DNA of 8,155 nt from Paraspadella gotoi. Its lineage: Eukaryota; Animalia; Chaetognatha. Below the pieces are notes generated by a model. It did no database searches. It had not been told where the DNA came from and worked only from the letters and a program-made list of their open reading frames with translations. The stretch's first letter is position 1. Every line of letters starts with the position of its first letter. This document shows positions 1-6,924 of this stretch, piece after piece. Both the position numbers and the translations under genes were made by a program. The stretch lies in contig JBJCIZ010000308.1 of NCBI GenBank assembly GCA_051294375.1, forward strand, positions 1-8,155. Direction: 5' to 3'.

Positions 1-600
1 ATCTTTGTTAAAACATTTCCAAAAATTATACCGTAGAAAAAATGAAAAGATAAAGACCATAAAATAATTTTTAGAAAACATGTAAATGATAAAAAATTTT
101 TTTGATAAAATAAAAAATCATAAGAAAGAAAATAGAGGAATAAAATATAAAAAGAATATAAAGTAAAGAACACCGGGAGAAAATATTTTTAAAATTAGGG
201 GAAAATTAAAGAAAAAAAATTGTCAAATCATGAAAGAAAAAATTAAAAAGTAAAACTCGTTTTTCCGTTTTTTTTTCTTTTCTTTGTCTTGCCTTTGTCT
301 ATCTTTCTTGTCTTTCATTTAGATCTATTCTTTCTTTCTTTCTTTTTTTTTCAGTGTTCGTCTTCACCTGGTTGTTTCTTTCTCCTCACTTAACAACGTT
401 TTTTCCTATCGAGCCTTCGTTATTTTTTTTAAAACGACTTTTTTAGTTTTCTTTGCATGTTTTATTTCATTCTCTGATCCATCTCGTTTCTTTTCATGTT
501 TTTTTTTGTAATATTTTTTATCTCCATTGCTATTTAATTCTCTTCAAGGCGATCATCTGTTTCTTGACAAAAAATTAGAATATAAATTTTAATTTTTGTT
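1..600. other. Very AT-rich low-complexity non-coding DNA: A-rich first half (~1-255), T-rich second half (~258-600)
   Basis: Visible composition switch near 255-260 and no ORF in the track. Confidence 0.7.
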
Positions 601-1039
601 ACAACCTCTTAAAAATTCTCTGCCTCTTATCTCACCAGATCCCCGAGACAGTATATATAAAGTATTAATACTAGTTGTTAAATTATCTTTTCGTCCCATA
701 ATTCACGTTAGAAAGACAACTGCCGCTGTTGCATGGGTCATTGCTCCTAGTCTGTGGCTTCTACTTGATCTGCAATCGTCATTTTCTCCTTGACATTTAA
801 ATTTCAGTCTGACTAAAATTAAGTGAAATCTATTTTTAATATGAAAGATTTCAAGGTTCCTCTGCCTTCTGTATTCTCAAGTTGATCGACTTTTTCAGCG
901 GCTATCTCGAATCGCCGGATTTTCTTTTGTCTTAATTTAATAAACTTTAACGTTCAAACTAAATCTTAATCAAAATGCGTTAAGCCAATCGTTAGTAAAT
1001 CCCAAGATCGTGTAACTCTGCAATATCTCAGACTGGACG

Positions 1040-1446
1040 AAATCCTTACCAAAATCCCTTAAACAATCCTTTAACTCCAAATACCTTAAACCTAATCCTT
1101 ACGCAATCCTTAACAAAATTCTTTAACCAAATCCTTAAAACCGGAAATCCTTAAACCGCAAATCGCTTAACCAAGATCGCTTACTCTAAATCCTTAATCA
1201 ATCCTTAAACCAAATCCTTAACAAATTCCTAACCAATCCTTACACAAATCCTTAACAAAATCCTTAACAAATCCTTAACGCAAATCCTTAACCCAAATCC
1301 TTAATACATAAATCCTTAACCAAATCCTTAGAGCAAAAGTCCTGGTACAATCCTTAAGACAAAATTTTTAAAACGCAAATCCTTAACATCCCTTACAAAA
1401 ATCCTTAACCAAAATCCTTAACAAAAATTCCTAACCTTAAACCTAA
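1040..1446 (+). repeat. Degenerate tandem array, consensus about CCAAATCCTTAA (reverse complement TTAAGGATTTGG), roughly 30 copies; weaker copies extend left to ~940
   Basis: The core AAATCCTTAA recurs every ~11-15 nt, e.g. 1241-1330 acacaaatccttaa caaaatccttaa caaatccttaa cgcaaatccttaa cccaaatccttaa. Confidence 0.9.
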
Positions 1447-1753
1447 AGCGAAGAAAAGTCCTAAATTTAAAAAACTCAAATTAAATTTCATCACTTCGAC
1501 TTGAAAATGGGTCGTTGGCAAAAATATGGCCACTTTGTTCTCATTCAGGGTTTTTTTGACCTGACCTAAGTTTACAAAATTTTCTTACAACATCTTCGCA
1601 GAAAGCCGAACAGCCCCTACCGTTTTTAACAGTCGCACAGTTTTTTTCAATGTTCAACGACACTGTTATTAGTCAAAAGGCGAGGGAGCATTCCCCAACC
1701 TGTACTCCCTTTCGTATTGTCTTTCTTTAGCCTAAAACATTAGTATTACGATG

Positions 1754-1982
1754 TTTATCTATCACTCTCTTATCTCTCTCTCCCCTCTCTCTCTTCTCAC
1801 TCTCCTCTCTGTTTGATATCTTCTGGGTGCTCTGCTTCTCCGCGTGTGGAATCAGCATGATCAAGAGCTTGAGAGAGAAAAGTATGATGAGAGATGAGAG
1901 AGACAGATGATGAAGTGAGAGAGAGTTTTAGTATGAGTGATCTCAGGGTCCCATGGGGAGATGAGAGGAGAAGATAGATAAA
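1754..1982. repeat. Degenerate (CT)n tract followed by a (GA)n tract, forming an imperfect inverted repeat
   Basis: TTTATCTATC (1754-1763) is the exact reverse complement of GATAGATAAA (1973-1982). The CT-rich 1765-1810 faces the GA-rich 1870-1972. Confidence 0.5.
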
Positions 1983-2220
1983 ACTACAGAGAAAAAAGTA
2001 ATATAATATATATAGCAAAATAAAGATAATAGTATATATATATTATTATTTGGAAGGAATCTAAACTTGATATTATTTAGTGGTGGATGTTTATTTTTTT
2101 GGAGATTAATATAATAGTGTATTATTGGATAGTTATTGATGTGAGGTGTTTTCCATGTTAGTGTTTAAGAGAACTACAAATGGAAATAGGTATTGTGGAT
2201 ATTATTATGTATTAAAAAAT

Positions 2221-2415
2221 TAAAGAGAAAAGTATATATTCATTAATTATTAAAAAACTAAAGAGAAAAGTATATATTAGCGTATAGAGTTATAAGTCGA
2301 GAGACTAAAGAGAAAGTATATATTATTACTTATTGTAAAAAGTCATATACTGACATTCAGATGAAAAATAGTATATATTATTATTATTAAAAAAAACTAA
2401 AGAGAAAAACGTATG
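2221..2415 (+). repeat. AT-rich minisatellite, ~38-nt unit (consensus CTAAAGAGAAAAGTATATATTATTATTATTAAAAAA), about 5 copies, with weaker copies back to ~1984
   Basis: TAAAGAGAAAAGTATATATT is exact at 2221-2240 and 2259-2278. Near copies start at 2306, ~2360 and 2398, and degenerate ones at ~1984 and ~2021. Confidence 0.75.
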
Positions 2416-3507
2416 TAGTATGTCATTAGCGTGCTCGTTCGGTCATTGTCTTATATTCGTCCAGTTTGGAATTGAGAAAGTGGAAGGTGCGAGGCTGTAG
2501 ATGGAGCGTTGAGACTGTCGTTTATGTTCGTTAACACGGATTGACTAGCCATGGGGGATTAGTTGATGCTCCGTTACGTGGTGGTTACGAGGTAGAGGCA
2601 ATTGTTGTATTAAGTTATGCTCAGGGATTATTCATGCATGGAGTGATCAGTTTGCAGCAGGTCTGATTAGAACGTTCCATGCTTTGTACAAGAGTTCATT
2701 CAAGCGTGATTATGTTTGATCTAGTTGATACGAGAGTTTGGGAGTGTTCTCTTCTACGGGTAAGAGTGATCTCGGAGTGGGCAGAATGAAGCTAGCGCGA
2801 GGCTCATGCTGCCCCCGCAGAGTGAAATAAGCGGAAAAGACTTTGTGCGTGACTTTTTATGGATCGGTACAGATGTGTTTGCTCTTTTGATCATTGATCT
2901 ATGAGTGCAGCTAAAGCAGACCTAATGTTCGTTAATGATTGTTTAAAGAGGGTAGAAGAAAATGGATTTATATGTCAACAGTTGTGTGTGTAAGAGACAG
3001 AATGATCGATAAGAGGAGCTGTTATGGTGTAGACGAATGAATAAGAGTAAAATGGTGAGATTGGTGTAACAGATTTTGAACTGTTGCCGTTAATAATAAC
3101 TGGCAATAACGATGATAAAGACATAACAATAATATAGTGGTAGCGATGATATGTTAATGGTCTTGATACGATTTAAATGGAGAAAGAGTAAAAATTAACA
3201 GTAAAAATGTTAAAGTAAAAATACATGATTAGAAATTGTTGAATTCGAGTGAGTGACACGTAACACGTTTGGGTTCGTTAATGGTGCTGATCTTCGTTCT
3301 CGAATGATGAAGAGAAGAATGTGGGCGAGAACTCTTGCATATGAGCGTCGATTGGGGGGAGCCGGTGGTCGAGTTGGATCGGCATGACTTGGCGTCGAGT
3401 CGTTTCCGGCGTCGTTTGGTTCCAACGAATCTTCATTGTTTATCTTTTGAGATTCTTTGTTTACGTTTGTTTGTAACGGCGGGAAGTCATGAAAGGGAAG
3501 AAAAGGT

Positions 3508-6255
3508 TTAAGGTTGGGGAGGAAGGAGGAGGGGGGGAGGCGGAGGGGGAGGAGAAGGAGGAGGAGGAGGAGGAGGAGGAGGAGCCTGCTCTCGATCTCG
3601 ATTTGCGTTCGAGCGAAGGATTCGATCCGATGGGGGCGGGAGCCGGCGAGTACGAATGCCGGGACGCCGATTAGGCGGAGGAGGCGAGGAAGGCATCGCA
3701 GGCGTGTTATTTGGACTGGTGTCGGCTGTGGCGTCGTCATCTGCCCCAAACGCCGGTTTAAGGCGCGATATCGAGATATTTTGGTGGACGCGTCCTGGGA
3801 TCGCCACTTTGAAAGTTAATTCGTCTCGGGAGATTACACGGTAGGGTCCCAGATATGGTGCCGCTAGCGTTGGTGCCACGCCGCCGCGCCGGATGAAAAC
3901 GTGGGATGCGTTGCGGAGGGTGTTGGGTACGTGGACGCGAGGCTGGCGATGCGTCGTAGTTGGTATAGGTTGAAGGCGCGACACTTCTAACTGCAGATTC
4001 GCGAGAGTTCGACGGCGTTGCTCGCGTTCACTGGCATCGCCGCTGATGGGCGCCGCGAGGATGTCGCCTGGAATGGCGATTGCTTCGCCGTAAACTAATT
4101 CGGCGGGGGTGGCGCCCACATCCGGTTTGAGCGTTGTTCTTATGGCCAGGAGTGAGCAGGGAAGGCGCCAATACCAGTCGCCCTGGGTGTCGGCGCCAAG
4201 GGCAATCAAGGACTCCTTCAGACGACGATGGAACCGTTCAACAAGTCCATTAGACTGCGGGTGGTAGGCCGTCGTTAAATTATGTGAGATTCCCCACGAT
4301 TTGAGGAGTTGGGTCCATATTGAGGACAGGAACTGCGAGCCTCTGTCAGTCGTGACGGTGGTTGGGACGCCGAATGACGCGATCCAGCCATGGACAAAAG
4401 CGTCGGCGACGGTTTTTGCCGCAATATCCTTGATTGGAATGGCTACTGGCCATCGAGTAAAACGGTCGACAGCTGTCAAAACGTAATTGAAGCCGTTTGA
4501 CGGGGGCAATTTTACGATGTCGACGTGCACGTGGCTGAAACGGCGCTCGGGTAGTTCGAAGGTGCCGATCTCCGGCACTGTGGTGCGAGTCACTTTTGCG
4601 CGTTGACATTCTTGACATTCCCGTGCCCACTTTGATATTTCTGCACGCATTGATGGCCATACAAATTTTTCTGCGACCGTTTGTCGAGTTCTCTCGACGC
4701 CGGGATGGCCGAGATTGTGGATGGCCTCGAACACGCGTCGACGCCATGAGAAGGGAACAAATGGGCGTGGCGGGCCATTACTGACATCCACGACGATTGA
4801 TGATGTCCCTAGGGGAATTTTTCGGAAGCGAAGTCCGGAAGATGCGTCGGTCACGATGCGCTGGTATTCGGCGTCAAGCGGTTGGTCAGCTGCCATTTTT
4901 TCGAAATCAACGCCATATTGAAGGATAGAGCACGCGAGCTGATCGAGGAGTTGATGCTTCTCGATGGGCACTTCTCTGGCGATTGACGCGACTATGGGAG
5001 GGGGAGGGGTTTTGGGGGCAGAAAAAGAGGGGAAGAGAGGTTGGGGGGTGGGTGAAGGGGGAGGGGGAAGAGGAGGGGGGTTGGGATTTGGATCTTTCTC
5101 CAAGTTAGGGCGTGAGAGGGAGTCAGCCACGACGTTGGCTTTTCCAGCCAGGTACTGAATGTCAGTAGTATATTCAGCAATGCCGGATAATTGGTACGTT
5201 TGTCGGGCCGTGTGAGGTTCAGTCTTTTTCGCGAGGGCTGGGACCAACGACTTGTGGTCTGTATATAGGGTGAAATTCCTTCCCTCGATCATGGGTTTAA
5301 AATGTCGGACTGCACGCCAGGCTGCAAGCAACTCGCGGTCAAATGGCGGCCACAACTGCTGATTTTTCTGCAGCTTTGCCGAAAAGAATGCTAAGGGTTC
5401 CCACCCTTTGGGGCCTCTCTGCTCCAGTACTGCGCCGATGGCGGTGTTGGAGGCGTCGGATGTGATCGCGAGTGGGGCCTCTGGGCGGGGATGACGGAGC
5501 ATTGTCGCTTGTGATAGTGCATCTTTGATGGCTTCAAATGATTTTTGGCAGTCGGTCGTCCAATCTAACGTGCGGGGTTTTGTTTTCGACTTCAATGCCT
5601 CGAACAAAGGATAAAGATGATGTGCAGATCGGGGAATAAATCGCCTGTAATAATTTACGAGACCGAGGAATCTTTGGAGTTCTTTAATGGTTGTGGGCGG
5701 GGTCGTCTCGCTAATGGCGGTGACCCTGTCTGGTAGGGGAGAGATGCCATTGGCGTCGACTCTGTATCCCAAGAAGTCGAGTTCGGATTTGCCAAGGACA
5801 CATTTTTGTCGATTTACCACTAGCCCGTTTTGGTGGAGGGTATTGAAAACTTCCCGCAGGTGTTGTTCATGTTCTTGATGATTCTTGGAGGCCACGAGGA
5901 TGTCGTCGATGTAGACGAATACGAAGGGGAGGCCGTCCAAGATCTCATCCATGAGGCGCTGGAAGTCCTGACCCGCGTTCTTTAATCCGAACGGGGTCCT
6001 CGGGAAAACGTATAACCCGAAAGGCGTGATGACGCCAGTTTTGGCAACGTCTTGTTCAGCGACTGGTATCTGATGGTACCCCTTTAAAAGGTCAATTTTA
6101 CTGAACACTTTCTTGCCGCTGAGGTTAGCGTTGAAGTCATTCAACGTCTTAACGGGGTATTTGTCATCTAATGTAGCGTTGTTAAGGCGTCGAAAATCTC
6201 CACATACTCGGTAACCCCCGTCGGGTTTATGACGACTAAAAGTGGTGATGCCCAC
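3508..6255 (-). CDS. pol: Pol main part: reverse transcriptase, RNase H, integrase (in frame with the protease ORF, separated by a TGA at 6256-6258)
   Basis: RT: RVCGDFRRLN, FSKIDLLKGYHQI, PFGLKNA, YIDD (5902-5913), FLG. RNase H: DAS (5449-5457) to ADSLSR (~5110). Integrase: HHCC (4606-4719), catalytic D 4519-4521, D 4345-4347 and E 4237-4239 (D-35-E spacing), GPY 3841-3849. Confidence 0.96.
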   Translation of the reverse strand: MGITTFSRHKPDGGYRVCGDFRRLNNATLDDKYPVKTLNDFNANLSGKKVFSKIDLLKGYHQIPVAEQDVAKTGVITPFGLYVFPRTPFGLKNAGQDFQRLMDEILDGLPFVFVYIDDILVASKNHQEHEQHLREVFNTLHQNGLVVNRQKCVLGKSELDFLGYRVDANGISPLPDRVTAISETTPPTTIKELQRFLGLVNYYRRFIPRSAHHLYPLFEALKSKTKPRTLDWTTDCQKSFEAIKDALSQATMLRHPRPEAPLAITSDASNTAIGAVLEQRGPKGWEPLAFFSAKLQKNQQLWPPFDRELLAAWRAVRHFKPMIEGRNFTLYTDHKSLVPALAKKTEPHTARQTYQLSGIAEYTTDIQYLAGKANVVADSLSRPNLEKDPNPNPPPLPPPPSPTPQPLFPSFSAPKTPPPPIVASIAREVPIEKHQLLDQLACSILQYGVDFEKMAADQPLDAEYQRIVTDASSGLRFRKIPLGTSSIVVDVSNGPPRPFVPFSWRRRVFEAIHNLGHPGVERTRQTVAEKFVWPSMRAEISKWARECQECQRAKVTRTTVPEIGTFELPERRFSHVHVDIVKLPPSNGFNYVLTAVDRFTRWPVAIPIKDIAAKTVADAFVHGWIASFGVPTTVTTDRGSQFLSSIWTQLLKSWGISHNLTTAYHPQSNGLVERFHRRLKESLIALGADTQGDWYWRLPCSLLAIRTTLKPDVGATPAELVYGEAIAIPGDILAAPISGDASEREQRRRTLANLQLEVSRLQPIPTTTHRQPRVHVPNTLRNASHVFIRRGGVAPTLAAPYLGPYRVISRDELTFKVAIPGRVHQNISISRLKPAFGADDDATADTSPNNTPAMPSSPPPPNRRPGIRTRRLPPPSDRILRSNANRDREQAPPPPPPPPPSPPPPPPPLLLPPQP
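3519..3584 (+). repeat. (GGA)n / G-rich microsatellite encoding the poly-proline tract at the Pol C-terminus
   Basis: ggaggaggaggagg... run; the minus strand reads PPPPPPPPPSPPPPPPP. Confidence 0.85.
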
Positions 6256-6924
6256 TCACTTTTTTCCTCGACGGGCGATGCCAAGCTCGCACAACTTGTC
6301 GAGCTCCTTCTTAGCCACCTCTAGCTTATCCGGAGCGAGTCGGCGGGCACGTGATTGCACGGGTCGGCCGGTTGTGGGGATATAATGCCTGACGCCATGT
6401 TTGGGCTCAGTTGGTTGAAATGATGGCGTGCAGAGATCGTGGTAAGTGTCGAGCAATTTGTAGTAAGGATCATCTGCTTGATGTACGAAATTGACTCTTA
6501 TTGAATGTTTTTTATTTGCCTTGGAGGCGACTATTGTACTAAAATCTCGCAGGTCGAATAAAAACCCATCTCGATGATTCGGAGCCAAATAATGCTCGGC
6601 CAGAAAGTCTGAACCGAGTATTGGCTGGGTGACATCGGCGATTGTCATAGTAAAATAAAAACGTCGGCTGCCAAGACGGACCTGGACGTCTTTATAGCCG
6701 AAACATGCTATGTGAGAACCGTTGGCAGCTTTCAATTTTGTTGAAGTTTCTCCTCTTTCCCGCTCTGACTTCGTAGGGGGAATGATGGAGACAGTGGCGC
6801 CGCCATCGACAAGCCAATTGAGGCGATTGTTGGCGTCGTATATGAAGAGAAGTGAATCTTTGGCGTCGATGCATTGGCCGGCCGGGATGGAATTCACCTC
6901 CTCCCGCCGGCCTTCCCGTTTTCC
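6256..6924 (-). CDS. pol: Pol N-terminal part: retropepsin-like aspartic protease plus the start of RT; entered by -1 frameshift from gag rather than by its own start codon
   Basis: WLVDGGATVSII (catalytic D at 6805-6807), LKAANGSHIACFG flap, and ILGSDFL. These are followed by the typical pre-RT segment HGVRHYIPTTGRPVQSRARRLAPDKLEVAKKELDKLCELGI. The frame is -1 relative to gag. Confidence 0.9.
   Translation of the reverse strand, partial: GKREGRREEVNSIPAGQCIDAKDSLLFIYDANNRLNWLVDGGATVSIIPPTKSERERGETSTKLKAANGSHIACFGYKDVQVRLGSRRFYFTMTIADVTQPILGSDFLAEHYLAPNHRDGFLFDLRDFSTIVASKANKKHSIRVNFVHQADDPYYKLLDTYHDLCTPSFQPTEPKHGVRHYIPTTGRPVQSRARRLAPDKLEVAKKELDKLCELGIARRGKK
6876..6924 (-). promoter_or_regulatory. 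-1 programmed ribosomal frameshift signal at the gag/pol junction
   Basis: Slippery heptamer G_GAA_AAC (6924-6918) sits in gag phase. A 5-nt spacer GGGAA follows, then the hairpin GGCCGGC-GGGA-GGA[GGUGAAU]UCC-a-UCCC-g-GCCGGCC (6912-6876). A -1 slip lands in the protease frame. Confidence 0.8.

Noticed and set aside
797-853. Small palindromes (799-820; TGAAATCT 824-831 / AGATTTCA 846-853) and TTAAATTTCA repeated at 797 and 1481
   Set aside because: Short, AT-rich matches expected by chance at this base composition.
1040-1446. Repetitive peptide coding, (QILN)n or (KDLV)n, from the 12-mer array
   Set aside because: Unit lengths vary by non-multiples of three and no ORF spans the array.
1772-1878. 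PacBio SMRTbell adapter remnant (ATCTCTCTC...TTGAGAGAGA)
   Set aside because: The ends match but lie ~107 nt apart rather than ~45 and the interior does not match. The flanks are not mirror images: no TTAAGGATTTGG array appears on the right.
596-2018. Short ORFs 596..793 (+) and 1797..2018 (-)
   Set aside because: Non-ATG starts, low-complexity or microsatellite-derived sequence and no recognisable motifs.
2221-2415. CRISPR-like array (TAAAGAGAAAAGTATATATT repeats)
   Set aside because: The intervening sequences are mostly similar to each other and irregular in length, the repeats are degenerate, there are no cas genes and the context is eukaryotic.
3210-3749. Separate env-like third ORF with a poly-Leu signal or transmembrane segment
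   Set aside because: The poly-Leu is the off-frame reading of the poly-Pro repeat, the ORF is short and overlaps pol, and it has no env features. Its distal part is better read as the Pol tail.
6253-6261. Programmed stop-codon readthrough at the TGA between protease and RT ORFs
   Set aside because: Readthrough would give VGITTFSRH in place of the conserved SEWASPLLVV, which sits in the adjacent frame; compensating indels explain it better.
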